A stretch of DNA of 64,000 nt from sequence record LC373201.2, one strand, 5' to 3'. The position numbers were made by a program, and so were the translations under genes. The notes beneath the pieces are model-generated. The model did not search any database. It saw only the letters and a program-made list of their open reading frames with translations, and had not been told where the DNA came from. This stretch comes from Enterobacter phage EspM4VN. The stretch's first letter is position 1. Every line of letters begins with the position of its first letter. This document shows, in pieces, positions 38,647-50,172 of the stretch.

Positions 38647-41211
38647 ATGACCAGAAACGTCGAGAGCATCTTTGGAGCGGTCGTAACAGCGCCGCACCAG
38701 ATTCCATACACTTACACAGCAACGGGCGGGGAGACGTTTATCTCCCTCCCGTTCTATCCCGTTACGGGCTTTGTTACAATCAATGGTGGTGTCCAAGTTC
38801 CTGTGGACAACTATGAAATCGATGGGAACACGATCAACCTGGGTCGGACTCTGGAACCAGAAGACGTTGTATACTGTCTGTTTGACAAGATTCTGTCGCC
38901 GGAAGATTATGCAGACGGCATCCGCATCTACAAGTTCCAGGCCGTCGGTACTGAAACATCGTTCACTCCCGACTTCACCACATACGGTGTGCAGACCCTG
39001 TACATTGATGGGAAGTTCCAGGTTCCAGACATCAACTACAGCTACAGCAGCACGACGGGCACTGTGAGTTTCCTCACGGGTTCACCAACGGCTGGAGTTT
39101 GGGTTGTGGCCGAGATGTCTGTGAAGCAGCCGAATATCAGCCCTCTGTTTGACCGCACCATTCAAGAAGTCGGTCGTTCTACCAACCTGGCAGACACTGC
39201 TGTTATTCTGAGCACTGACATTGGTACTCCTCTTGATGATAAAACTGTCATCTATGATGTTGTGGCTGAGAAGATTTATGGTCTTCCAACCCTACCTTCT
39301 AACGCCTACATCAACACCGTTTCCAACGGACAGTTAACTTACTCTCCTGGCAACGTCACTGTGGATCTTGTGGCAATTCCAGATTCTGCCGTGAAACTTA
39401 AAGAAGAACTGGCTGAGTTTGATGGTGAATCATTAGTTGGTGTTTGCCCTACTGTTGCCATATTACGAACCACTGAACCAAAAGCTAACAAGCAACTGAT
39501 CACTGTTCGCGAATACGCTGCTGATACAGGAAAGGGCGGCGGGCGTTTTCGCGCAGTATTGGACGGTTCCAGTTATACAGATAATAGTGGCACTATCATC
39601 AAGACCACAGGCGGAGCGGCGTGGATCAGGGTTAATGATGTTGTCAGTGTTACCGACTTCGGTGCAGTTTCTGACTTTAATCGAGACACCAATGTTGGTA
39701 CAGATAACACTACTGCATTCCAGGCAGCAATTGATTATTGCAAAGTATCTCATAAGGCATTGTTTGTACCTTCTGGTTGGTATCTGGTGAGTGGGAATCT
39801 TACTGCTACTTACGCCATCGTTATGTATGGTGAAGGCGCGAATGGCGTGTCAATAACAACTGCTGCACAACAGGATTCTCCATTTATTGGTTCTGTTATT
39901 GTTGGCGGTAACACTACCGGGTATACACTTAATGTTAGCCCACCTAACTACCAGTTTGGTTTGTCCATTCGTAACGTTGCATTTTATGGTTTACCCGCAC
40001 AACGTTCTAATGTTAACCACAAAGCATTGCGACTTCATAACACAGGTTTACAGGGTTATGTGGAGAACGTGGCAATTTCTGGTTATGGAGGTAATGGCCT
40101 GGTTATTGGTTATCTACAAGATACCCATATTATCAGTTTGTTCATTGAACGTTGTGGTACGCTTGACGTCGCAGCTATTAAGTTTGAAGCACGAGCAAAC
40201 TATGTGTACTTCCAGGATTGTCTGATGATGGCTTGCCATTATTTTGTAGATAACACCGATGCTACTTTGTTTGGTCGTTATATTTTCTGGAGTGGATGTC
40301 ATATCGAGCATGGCGACTACAACGGTGCTCTTGGTGCCGAGTGGGACTTCTACTACAACAAGACTCCGTTTAATATCGGCGCAGGCTCAGATTGGTCTTT
40401 CCAGAACTGTATCTTTATCCCAGTATCCAACTCTGGTCTGGCCACGTCTTTGGGTATTTCGCGTTTGTCAACCCCATATTTTATGGTTTGTTCTGGTGAA
40501 CGTTTTAACATGGTCAATTGCCGTTTCAATGCCCCACGAGATTCTGTATCCAGCTTAGCCCTAACTGGCCCTAACTCCAGAACAGCTATGATTACAGATA
40601 CTATTTTCCAAGGTGCTGATGGTGGCCGTCCTTGTATTGACGCCTACTACGCAGAAATCACTAACTGTACTTTCAACCTGGATATCTCGGCTTATACCGA
40701 CCGTTGTTCTGGTGTGTATGTTCGTCGTGGTGGTGCAGTGAAAAGTTGTAAATTCCGTCTTGGAGCAACTACTGGTTCGCGTCGCACCCTCGGGCACTTA
40801 ATCCTCACAGACGACGACCGTTATGAGGCAATTAATGTGAGTGGTAACACTTACCCAGATACCACTTATGTGAATGCCTTTGTTCACCGTGGTTGTACTA
40901 TTTCTGGGGAAGATGGTGGAACCCCTCGTTTGGTTTCCATTACTACAACCCAGAGCATTGACCTTAGCTTGTATCCAACTAACGTTAACTTCTGGGTTAC
41001 TGCTGCTGTTACTATCACTGATATTCTTAATGGCCAGTATGGTCGCAGGGTCAGCGTTATTGCCAACACTGCTGGTGCGGTGATTAATACTACTGGTAAC
41101 GTTTATCCGAAGGGTAACGTTAACTACACCATGACAGCAGGCGTACCTGTTGAGTTCCGTGGAATGCTGGATATCTCTGGAAACAGAAAGATGTTCCAAC
41201 TTGCTGGATAA
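38647..41211 (+). CDS. tailspike protein with N-terminal extension (CBA120 TSP2-like)
   Basis: About 855 aa. N-terminal tandem domains, then the shared anchor AVILSTDIGTPLDDKTVIYDV..NGQLTYSPGNV. The start at 38647 is preferred because the ATG at 38632 lies inside the promoter hairpin. Confidence 0.55.
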   Translation: MTRNVESIFGAVVTAPHQIPYTYTATGGETFISLPFYPVTGFVTINGGVQVPVDNYEIDGNTINLGRTLEPEDVVYCLFDKILSPEDYADGIRIYKFQAVGTETSFTPDFTTYGVQTLYIDGKFQVPDINYSYSSTTGTVSFLTGSPTAGVWVVAEMSVKQPNISPLFDRTIQEVGRSTNLADTAVILSTDIGTPLDDKTVIYDVVAEKIYGLPTLPSNAYINTVSNGQLTYSPGNVTVDLVAIPDSAVKLKEELAEFDGESLVGVCPTVAILRTTEPKANKQLITVREYAADTGKGGGRFRAVLDGSSYTDNSGTIIKTTGGAAWIRVNDVVSVTDFGAVSDFNRDTNVGTDNTTAFQAAIDYCKVSHKALFVPSGWYLVSGNLTATYAIVMYGEGANGVSITTAAQQDSPFIGSVIVGGNTTGYTLNVSPPNYQFGLSIRNVAFYGLPAQRSNVNHKALRLHNTGLQGYVENVAISGYGGNGLVIGYLQDTHIISLFIERCGTLDVAAIKFEARANYVYFQDCLMMACHYFVDNTDATLFGRYIFWSGCHIEHGDYNGALGAEWDFYYNKTPFNIGAGSDWSFQNCIFIPVSNSGLATSLGISRLSTPYFMVCSGERFNMVNCRFNAPRDSVSSLALTGPNSRTAMITDTIFQGADGGRPCIDAYYAEITNCTFNLDISAYTDRCSGVYVRRGGAVKSCKFRLGATTGSRRTLGHLILTDDDRYEAINVSGNTYPDTTYVNAFVHRGCTISGEDGGTPRLVSITTTQSIDLSLYPTNVNFWVTAAVTITDILNGQYGRRVSVIANTAGAVINTTGNVYPKGNVNYTMTAGVPVEFRGMLDISGNRKMFQLAG

Positions 41212-41225
41212 GAATTGTAAAACCA

Positions 41226-41246
41226 AAGCCCTCTCCGGAGGGCTTT
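41226..41246 (+). terminator. terminator hairpin AAGCCCTCtccgGAGGGCTT
   Basis: Perfect stem after the tailspike stop. Confidence 0.5.
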
Positions 41247-41275
41247 AACATGACTAAAACAACAGGAGATTCTTT

Positions 41276-43846
41276 ATGAATCCGCAATTTTCACAGCCGA
41301 AAGGCTCAGTTGGTAAAGAGACAAACAAGGACTCGATCGCCCGCAAGTTCGGGTGCAAGAAATCCGAGGTTCTCTACGCTAAACCAGGTTCCACCCTGAC
41401 TGGTTACAAGGTGATCTACGATAAGGTGTCTCAGCGCTCCTATGCACTGCCTTCTAACCTGCCTGCTGGCGCTACCATCACCAGCCTCACTGACGGCATT
41501 CTCGTACACAATACGGGCACTGTCGACTTGGGTGCACTGGCTGTGTTGCGTGGTGAGTTCGTTAATCTGGTCGAAAACTTCACAACCGGATTTACTTTGA
41601 AAGTGAAGAATGAACTGGTCAGCGACGGAGCGAACTTGTATCGTTGGGGTGGGAGTCTTCCTAAAACGGTCAGTGCTGGAACTAGCGTGGGTGCATCTGG
41701 TGGTGTCGGCTCATCTGCTTGGGTAAGACACAGCGAGTCGCTGGCAACGAATTTCACCCCGCGCCCGTACAAAGCACGAAATGACATTACATTCACAACT
41801 GGTGGTGTTGTCAACAAGGGTGAGGCGATCCTCTATGCAGACGATGGCTTGTATTATGCTTCACTTTCCACAAACCCGTATGTGACCGTGTCTACAGGAT
41901 TCACGCCAGACACTACGTGGATCTGTGTTGGCCTGCTGAACGAATACCCTCTGTGGGACAGCCGCGCATGGTATGCCCCATCCAGCACTCTAGACAACAC
42001 AAAGGCTGCGAAACAATTTTATCGCACGATGTCGCTTCTCGGGCTGGAAGCGCGATTTGTGGGTGACCTCCGTTTGTCTTCGCGAGTCACGGGGTACGCA
42101 CAACTCGATCTGTCGCAATGCCGTATCTACATAGACCCAAACAGTGATGACACTGTGTCTGGTGGTGGCGGCAAGGTGTTCTTGATTGAAGATCCCGACA
42201 CACAGGTTCTGACGGGGCAGAGCTTCGCCACTAGTAATATCGGCCAGGTCGCTCACGTTCAACTTAGTGGAGCGGCGTTCAGTAACAAAACCGTGGGCGT
42301 TGAGGGCGAAGGCACGAACAACCGCGCTTATCTCAGACAACCACAGAACACTTACATCCAGGCAAGTGATCTTTTTGTGATGGACGGCGGCACCACAGGC
42401 CTCCACCCAGATACTCCTGCGTTGTTCAAGTTCAACGACACCGCCAAGTTCATCATCAGACCACAACGTCCTGGTATGGTAATCAAAGGTGGCGAATTCA
42501 TCCTGGAAGCGCCTTTGTCTGGTGGTCGCAGTCTGAGAACCTGTATCGCAATCGAAAGAAACAACACATGCCTGGTTGGTGGTTATTTCAATGCCCAACA
42601 CGATGACGTCGTTGCAGAATCGTATGTTCAGTTTAGTTGGGTTTCCGACATCATGGTTATTGGTGTGTCGATGCCGAACAACGTGGCTTCTTCAAACTAT
42701 ATGATTTTAGCCCAGGGTACGAACAGACTGCGGGTTCAACATTGTCACGCCGCCGCAGGCTGGGCGCTGACTGATGGTAATTTCATGCGCAATACTGTGG
42801 TGGAAGACAGTTCTGGTGCGACTATCGGTTGTCACGCAATGGCCTGGAACTTTACAGTTCAACGCTGTACGCTCATGCCTGTTCTGGTTGGTGGAAATTA
42901 CCAGGGTGGTATCTCCCTGACGGGCGGTGGCCTGCTGAAGGTGAGAGATATCACTTACACCTACATGGGCGGTCCACGCAGATTAGACCATCCTGTATCC
43001 ACCCGTGGTGATTATGGCCAGTCTTGGGAAGGTGTGATCGATGTATCGCGTGTTCACCTGCGTTATGGCGCTGCTGCTCCGTCTGGGCAAGGGTGTTCTA
43101 TCGTATATTGTGAAGGTGCATACAACGGCGCTATAGACCTGACGCGCACCTGCTACCTCGGCGGTAAAGAGATCAACGTTCGCAATGTCCGTGTTGAAGT
43201 GTTGAACGCATCTTGGGGAGCAACAGAGGTTGTTCTGAGCCCTGCTTGGTTTGAGACTCAGTTCAGCCAGACTGTGAAATATCCCGAGACGTATCTTGTT
43301 GACAACTTTGTTGTTGAAGGTGTTGGCAACAACTTCTCCTTCGATCCGCGCTTCCCAGCTCTGGTGAGCAATACCAATGCTGTTGTCAGTACCTGCGTGG
43401 CTAATTTCAATAATGTGCAATGGCCTTCTACCAGCGCGGCCTTTATCGGCGCGGCAGCGAGTACGACATATCGCGTGACGTTGCTCCTCACTATCGAGAA
43501 CGCGAGAAGTTCATTATCTTTGAACTTGTTGGCTCTTCCTGCTGGTAGCAAGGCGACCATTCGTAAATGCATCATCGGGAACTTGGTTCTCGGGAATGCC
43601 AACAGTGCTGGCGAGTATTACCTGGAACGCAATACGGTCACAGGAACAAACTTCGGTGGCTCGCCTGCTGGCTCTGACAAGGCGTACTATTACCAGAACC
43701 ACATCACCACAGTCAATGCTGTGGCAGTGGGTACTGTGGCGAAGTACTGCCACGGAAACACGGTCGTCACCGGAGGCAGTATCACGGGAAGAACTCTCGA
43801 CGAATGGTACTCCTACCGAGACACTTCAGTCTTCCGCACAACGTAA
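41276..43846 (+). CDS. tailspike protein (short N-terminal anchor type)
   Basis: 856 aa. MNPQFSQPKGS... Its 5' 45 nt, including the RBS, are near-identical to the gene at 36796. Confidence 0.6.
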   Translation: MNPQFSQPKGSVGKETNKDSIARKFGCKKSEVLYAKPGSTLTGYKVIYDKVSQRSYALPSNLPAGATITSLTDGILVHNTGTVDLGALAVLRGEFVNLVENFTTGFTLKVKNELVSDGANLYRWGGSLPKTVSAGTSVGASGGVGSSAWVRHSESLATNFTPRPYKARNDITFTTGGVVNKGEAILYADDGLYYASLSTNPYVTVSTGFTPDTTWICVGLLNEYPLWDSRAWYAPSSTLDNTKAAKQFYRTMSLLGLEARFVGDLRLSSRVTGYAQLDLSQCRIYIDPNSDDTVSGGGGKVFLIEDPDTQVLTGQSFATSNIGQVAHVQLSGAAFSNKTVGVEGEGTNNRAYLRQPQNTYIQASDLFVMDGGTTGLHPDTPALFKFNDTAKFIIRPQRPGMVIKGGEFILEAPLSGGRSLRTCIAIERNNTCLVGGYFNAQHDDVVAESYVQFSWVSDIMVIGVSMPNNVASSNYMILAQGTNRLRVQHCHAAAGWALTDGNFMRNTVVEDSSGATIGCHAMAWNFTVQRCTLMPVLVGGNYQGGISLTGGGLLKVRDITYTYMGGPRRLDHPVSTRGDYGQSWEGVIDVSRVHLRYGAAAPSGQGCSIVYCEGAYNGAIDLTRTCYLGGKEINVRNVRVEVLNASWGATEVVLSPAWFETQFSQTVKYPETYLVDNFVVEGVGNNFSFDPRFPALVSNTNAVVSTCVANFNNVQWPSTSAAFIGAAASTTYRVTLLLTIENARSSLSLNLLALPAGSKATIRKCIIGNLVLGNANSAGEYYLERNTVTGTNFGGSPAGSDKAYYYQNHITTVNAVAVGTVAKYCHGNTVVTGGSITGRTLDEWYSYRDTSVFRTT

Positions 43847-43853
43847 TGCTCAA

Positions 43854-43875
43854 GCCCTCTTCGGAGGGCTTATTT
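43854..43875 (+). terminator. terminator hairpin GCCCTCttcgGAGGGC + T-run
   Basis: Stem-loop followed by TTATTTCTTTC. Confidence 0.55.
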
Positions 43876-43901
43876 CTTTCTATTCCTCGGTTGGCTGTAT
43901 A

Positions 43902-43918
43902 CTAAATATCTCTATAAT
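43902..43918 (+). promoter_or_regulatory. late promoter CTAAATATCTCTATAAT
   Basis: Motif about 35 nt upstream of the ATG at 43943. Confidence 0.45.
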
Positions 43919-43942
43919 GGCACCTATCGATGGAGCATCAAA

Positions 43943-46900
43943 ATGCAAGAAATGAACCTCAACCGCCGCCCGTACTGGGATGACTGGAATCCAGAGAAGC
44001 GTTTTTCACGCATCCTGTTCCGTCCGGCTCCTATCAAAGTTCAGACGCGTGAACTGAACCAGATGCAGACCATCTTCCAAGATCAGCTGGAGAAACTTGG
44101 CAATCATCTCTTCAAAGATGGTTCCATGGTTATCCCAGGCGGCCTGACGATCACCAACACCGCAGTGTCTATGAAGTTCACTCTGGCTGGTGGTAGCGAG
44201 TTCACTGATCTGGAAGGTATCTCCGAACTCTATGTTCTGGGCAAGGACAACAATGCGAAAGCCCGTGTCCTGTCTCTGGAACGTTACCTGGCCGAGCCGG
44301 ACACAATGTACGCCATCTTGGAGATGACCGAGAGCGGCAGTTCAGACGGTTTCGAAGCTGGTGATGACCTGTACTTCAACACCTACGACGTGAATGATAA
44401 CTTCATTCGTGTTGGTTACGGTGTTGCTGCAACAGTCGGGGGTTCTATCGTTGCCCGTATGACCAAGGGCGTTTATTTCGTCCGTGGGATGTTCCTTGAT
44501 GTTGAGGCCGCCACCCTGATCGTCGACAACGCATCCAACTCCACTTCACACCGCGTTGGGTTCAAGGTGACAGAGACCATCGTCACCGAAGACGATGACG
44601 AAAGTTTGTTCTCCAATGCTCAGGGAACTCCTAACTCCAAAGCCCCTGGTGCGCACCGCTTCCGTGTCGACCTCGTGCTGTCTCGCTTCGGTTATGATGA
44701 AGAAGTGGCTGACTTCGTTGAACTGGCGAAGGTGAAGGACGGTCGCATTCAGTCTATGGTGACCCAGTCCACCTATAACATCCTCGAAGACACCATGGCT
44801 CAGCGAACCTATGAGACCAACGGTGACTACAACGTGTCTACGCACCAGATCGACCTGCGTGAACACCTGAAAGAGAACAACAACGGCGGCGTTTACACCC
44901 CTGCAGAAGGTGGTGATGAAAGCAAATTCGTGGCGGTTATGAAGCCAGGGATCTCCTATGTTCGCGGTCGCCGTATCGAAAACCTTGGTGAAGAACTGGT
45001 CACCATTGACAAGGCGCGTGACACCGATGTCTTGAACAACAACCCGGTGGCTGTTGCAACTGGCAACTACCTTGTGTCCAAGAACTCCAAGGGTGTCCCA
45101 GTCATATCGCGCACGATTCGTTACAAGTTCCTGAACGCATCAAGTGTAACCCAAGCCACCGCACTGCTGATTTCGGCAGAACGTTCCGGCTCTGAATTCC
45201 GCCTGTATATGCGCGACCTCGTTGTCACTGGGGACATGGGTACTGTCACCAAAGTTGCATACGAAGAAAGCGGTACAACAATGTTCTCCTGCGAACTGGA
45301 GTCCAATCAGTTCAGCCAGAGTTCAGCGATTGACCTGATCTTCCCTCTGCCTGTGTTTGGTGTGAAGACCCTGGCTCCTACAGGGACCATTGACATCAAC
45401 TACACTGTCCTGCGGTCAAACAAGATCACGTTGAACGCCGCTGGCGCAGGCTCAATCTCTGCTCCTCTGGGGTACAGCTTCAGTCCTGAATTCTCTTTGT
45501 ATTCGGCGGCGAAAGCAGATGGCACTGCGGCACAATTCGACGTTACTTCTGGTCTGTCCCTGACAGGTACGCCAGTGGGTTCTGCTCTCCAGATCTCGTT
45601 GGGCGCTGGCTATGCCAACCAATCCATCAACCTGCTGGCTCTGATGGTGCGCACAACGGCAACGATCAAAACCAAGACAGTTACTGAAGTCACGGAGACT
45701 GTAACGTTTACGACAGCGGCGAGTGTACCTCTTGCCAACCATGACGGATACAAGCTAGTGAGTGTGAAGAACGCAAGTGGCGCTGACGTCACCTCGAACT
45801 TCACTCTGGATGGCGGCCAGCGTGATGCTGCATACTATCGTTCTAACCTGTTATCGGGCACTGGAGCCATTTCAGGGACGTTCACGGTGGTGTATCAGTA
45901 TTTCGCTCACAGCTCTGGTGACTTCTTCACAGCGGATTCCTATTCTTCCATCGATTACCCAGACATCCCGAACTATGTTTCATCCAGTTCCGGTACTGTG
46001 TATGGTCTGGCAGACAGCCTGGACTTCCGTCCTAAGATCACCAGCGGTGCTTCCGACACTGACATGGTTCGCCCGAACACTGCTATCGTCCTCGATGCGG
46101 AGTACTATCTGCCTCGTATTGATGCCGTGTATCTGGCCGACAACGGCGTGTTCAACGTGGCTCGTGGTGTGAGTTCCAATAACCTGGCTTCGCCTGCGAT
46201 CCCAGACAACGGCATGCGTCTGTACGAACTGATGATCCCGCCTTACACGGCCAATATCGACGATATCCAGATCCGTACTATCGACAACCGCCGTTACACG
46301 ATGCGTGATATCGGTAAACTGGAGACCCGTATCTCTAACGTTGAATACTACACCTCACTGTCACAGCTGGAATCTTCAGCGATGACACAACAGGTGTTCG
46401 ATCCAATCACTGGCAACCCGCGCTTCAAAAACGGTATTGCAGCAGACCCATTCAAAGACTTCCGTCTGATCGACGATTTGTCTTCAGACTGGATGGGATC
46501 TATCGATACTGACAATGGTCGCCTGCGCCCGTTTGTTCAGCAGAACGCGATTGACCTGACGCCAGTCGGCTGGAACAACGTTCAGGATGGCATGGTTGTG
46601 TGCAACTACACCCGTGAGATCTCTGTACGTCAGGACTATGCGACCACGACCATCAACGTGAACCCGTATGCAGTGTTCAACTGGGAAGGTTTCCTGAAAC
46701 TGAACCCGACTACTGACTACTGGTTTGAGAACTACTATGTTGCTCCACGTGTGATCAACGAAACGATCAACACCCGTGGCGCGATCAAAGAGGGTTCTGT
46801 GTATGGCACATGGCGTACTGTGTCTGTGTCTGAGCGTGTGTGGGAACCGCATGGTGCAGGCGGTGTGTGGTGGGGCTACCGCTACCGCACGACTGTGTCC

Positions 46901-48780
46901 ACTCGTGACGTCACCACGTACACGTACACCGACAAGACGACGACTACCCTGACTGGTGAGCAGATCGTTGAAACGCAGGTTATCCCATACATGCGCAAAA
47001 CGAACATCAACTTTGAAGCCACAGGCCTGCGTCCGTTTACTCGCGTGTATCCGTTCTTCTCCGGTCGCGATGTCAGCCCGTACTGTACTCCAAACGGCGG
47101 GGCACTGGGCGGCGCGTTGAATACTGACGCCAACGGTAACATCAAAGGTGTGTTTGCAGTTCCTCAGAACGAGACTATCAAGTTCAACACGGGCGACAAC
47201 GTCTTCCGTCTGACCGACAGTCCTGTGGACAGCAAGTCTGCTGATGATACCCTGACCAATGCCGAGGCCGTTCACAAATCCTTCGGTAAGAAACAAGGCA
47301 TTCAGAAGACCTATGTCAACACTCGTGTGCTGGGCTACACTGCGACCAAGTCTACAGAGAACAAGACCGAGACGGTTGAAGTTGCGAAGTGGAAAGACCC
47401 GATTGCTCAATCCTTCATGGTTGCTACCAACATCGGCGGCGAATACATTGAAGGTATTGAAGTGTTCTTCTCCACCAAGTCCCGCGATATCCCGATCACT
47501 CTGGAAATCCGTGAGATGAGCAATGGTCTGCCAGCGACGACTGTGGTCACTCGTAAGACTTTGAACCCATCAGAAGTTTCCGTCTCTACAGACTCTTCTG
47601 TACCAACGATGTTCAAGTTTGATTATCCTGTGTATCTGCAGGCACAGACTGAGTTCGCGATCGTACTCCTGGCCAACACCCAAGATTACAATGCGTACAT
47701 CGCGGAGATGGGTAAGAAGAACTTGCTGACCAACGAGTTCATTGCCAAGCAGCCGTACACTGGCGTGTTCTTCACATCTTCAAACGGTACGACCTGGACT
47801 CCGAACCAGACTGCGGATATGAAGTTCCGTGTATATCGCTGCAACTTCGGTGCTGGTGATAACATCGTGACCTTCGATGCCAAAGTCGGTCCGAAGACTC
47901 GTCCTCTGGGTCTTAATGCTGTGAATTGCGTCAATGGTTCTTCAACTGTTACTGTGTACGCTCCAGGGCATGGCCTGACTGCGGGTGAAAGCGTGACATT
48001 GTCCGACCTGACGGGCGGCTGCGGGTTTACTCCAGAGCAGCTGAACATCCAGCATACTGTGACAGACGCGACGTTCACGACGTTCAAAGTGGTGCTGAGT
48101 TCTAGCGCAGACTCTGACGGCCAGATCGGCGGTGAGACGGCTTCTTTCTTGGGCAACTACTTGGTTGACATGTTCTATGCAAGTGTGACCAATTCAGCTC
48201 TGGAAGGTTCTGTGTTGAAACTGGAATACCGCTACCGCGATGCGACCTCCAACTCATTCTCTGATTGGGCTGAGTTCGAATCCGATACGGACGTACCGCT
48301 GCCGACGGAAGGCATCTATCGTCAGGTGGGTGATTTCCAGGTGCGGGCAACCATGACTCGCAACGAAAGCAACGTGTACACGGCTCCGATGATCGACGGT
48401 GATGACTTCACTATCATCTTCAACACCTACGGTGTGGATCCGTTCGAAGACGTGTTCAGCTACGTGACCAAGGATATCGGCTTCGATAACCCTTGCACCA
48501 CACTGAAGCAGTACTTCGGCGCGATGCTGCCTTCTCAGTCTTCAATGACTGTGCAGGTCAAACTGTTGCGTGCAGGTCAGGAGATGGACAATGTAGCATG
48601 GGAAACCGTGACACCGACGTCCCTCTGGTTAACGACGGTTCGACGTTCTTTGAATACGAATATGACAAGACCGTGGACAGCACCAACCCGTTTGTTGGCC
48701 TGAAGATCCGCCTGCTGGTGAGAGGCAACCGTACAGCGCCGCCATCATTCAAAGATTTCCGTTTGATTGCTCTGGCATAA
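43943..48780 (+). CDS. large virion structural protein (about 1612 aa), apparent frameshift at A3 run about 48603
   Basis: The main ORF ends in junk-like sequence at 48703. A second frame continues with well-formed sequence (RDTDVPLVNDGSTFFEYEYDKTVDSTNPFVGLKIRLLV...) to 48780. Adding one A at gggAAAcc fuses them. Function uncalled; possibly baseplate or tail-fiber-associated. Confidence 0.5.
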
Positions 48781-48793
48781 GTAGTATTACCAA

Positions 48794-48812
48794 GGCGGGG
48801 GCAACCCCGCCC
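48794..48812 (+). terminator. terminator-like hairpin GGCGGGGgcaaCCCCGCC
   Basis: Perfect 7-bp GC stem after the stop. Confidence 0.45.
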
Positions 48813-48831
48813 AACAACAGAGGATATTATC

Positions 48832-49083
48832 ATGCGTGGTGTAAAAGTACAGGGGCATGCATCGATGATGAGAAGTAGCTCTTGCCCTGGGGCTATCATC
48901 TGCACCGACAGTGCTGCTGGTTTAGCGGCTCTGAACGCCCGTCGTAATCAGGAAGAAAAGGACAGGACTATTGCAGCGCAGGCAGCGCAAATCGATCAAC
49001 TGACAGCGACGGTACAACTCATGGCGGAGCACCTCGGGATCGAAATCCCTACAGGAGGCCAAGATGACAACGTCGACGAATAA
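48832..49083 (+). CDS. hypothetical protein (83 aa)
   Basis: ORF with an AGAGGA RBS. Confidence 0.4.
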   Translation: MRGVKVQGHASMMRSSSCPGAIICTDSAAGLAALNARRNQEEKDRTIAAQAAQIDQLTATVQLMAEHLGIEIPTGGQDDNVDE

Positions 49084-49402
49084 TATCATTGATGTGAAAG
49101 CCATCCTCACAGGAGTGCTGACAGCAGCGATAGTCTCTGTCGGCTCTGTTGTTTGGATGATGGGCAAATTTGAGAACCGTCTTGATGTGGTTGAGCGTGA
49201 CTCCAACAAGGTCGACCAAATCCTCACCAAGGTGAACGATATGAGTGAGAAGATTGCCGTGTTGAACACAGACGTCAACTACGTCAAGCAGAACGTTGCT
49301 GAGCTAAAACTCAATAGCAGCAGTCTGTCCGACGACGTTCGCACCCTGCGTATCACCGTCGCCGATCTCCAGAGCAACAAGGGGAACGTCAATGGCCGTT
49401 AA
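49064..49402 (+). CDS. membrane-anchored coiled-coil protein (112 aa)
   Basis: N-terminal TM helix followed by heptad-like periplasmic region. Overlaps both neighbouring genes. Confidence 0.45.
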   Translation: MTTSTNNIIDVKAILTGVLTAAIVSVGSVVWMMGKFENRLDVVERDSNKVDQILTKVNDMSEKIAVLNTDVNYVKQNVAELKLNSSSLSDDVRTLRITVADLQSNKGNVNGR

Positions 49403-50144
49403 TTCTATTGTCGACCGCAAAGGCTTTATGAATTATATCCTCAAGAAATTGGGGGCACCTGTAATTCAGATCAACCTTGACCCAACACAGGTATCGGATG
49501 CTGTGGACGACGCTCTACAGAAGTTCTGGGAGTATCATCGTGATGGCAGCCAAGACGCATTCTTTGTTCACCAGGTGACCGAAGAAACTATCACCAATGG
49601 TTACATCGAATTCCCCAAAGACATCGACGACGTGGTTGAAGTCATCGTCGGACCTCCGATTGAATCGATCGGTAACTGGGCAACCCCTCAATGGCAAATG
49701 GCCCAGGCCATGTTGGTTCCAAAGGCCGCCCTCGTGTCCATCCGTCTGATTGACTACGTGTCTATGCAGCAGCGCCTGTCTGACATCACCAGTGTACTGA
49801 ACGTGAAGCGCACCTTCGTGTACAAGAAATTCCAGCGTAAACTCTACCCACAATTCGCCCTGACAAAGGACGAGGCTTTGGCGTTCAAATGTTATCAGAA
49901 CATCGATCCAGAGGTAGAAGGGAACGAAGAAGCGTGGAATGACATGTGGCTGAAGGCATATGCGACTGCGTTGGTCAAGCGCCGCTGGGCTGAAGTGCTC
50001 AAGAAGGCAAGAGGCATCCGTCTCCCAGGCGGTATCGAGCTGGATGGTGATACTATGTTCAGTGAAGCCGAAAGCGAGATTGAGCGTTTAGAGGAAGAAC
50101 TGCGTACTGGTCAGCAGTACCCGATTGACTTCTTTATGGGATAA
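49392..50144 (+). CDS. neck protein (T4 gp13-like)
   Basis: 250 aa. LKKLGAPVIQINLDPTQVSDAVDDALQKFWEYH parallels gp13 [33 protein letters not shown]. Also a conserved C-terminal ...LPGGIELDGD. Confidence 0.65.
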   Translation: MAVNSIVDRKGFMNYILKKLGAPVIQINLDPTQVSDAVDDALQKFWEYHRDGSQDAFFVHQVTEETITNGYIEFPKDIDDVVEVIVGPPIESIGNWATPQWQMAQAMLVPKAALVSIRLIDYVSMQQRLSDITSVLNVKRTFVYKKFQRKLYPQFALTKDEALAFKCYQNIDPEVEGNEEAWNDMWLKAYATALVKRRWAEVLKKARGIRLPGGIELDGDTMFSEAESEIERLEEELRTGQQYPIDFFMG

Positions 50145-50149
50145 GGAAA

Positions 50150-50172
50150 GGCGGGATTACCCGCCCTTCTTT
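50150..50172 (+). terminator. terminator hairpin GGCGGGattaCCCGCC + T-run
   Basis: Stem-loop followed by CTTCTTTT. Confidence 0.5.

Noticed and set aside
46484-47410. 308-aa minus-strand ORF
   Set aside because: Antisense shadow of the 1586-aa structural gene.
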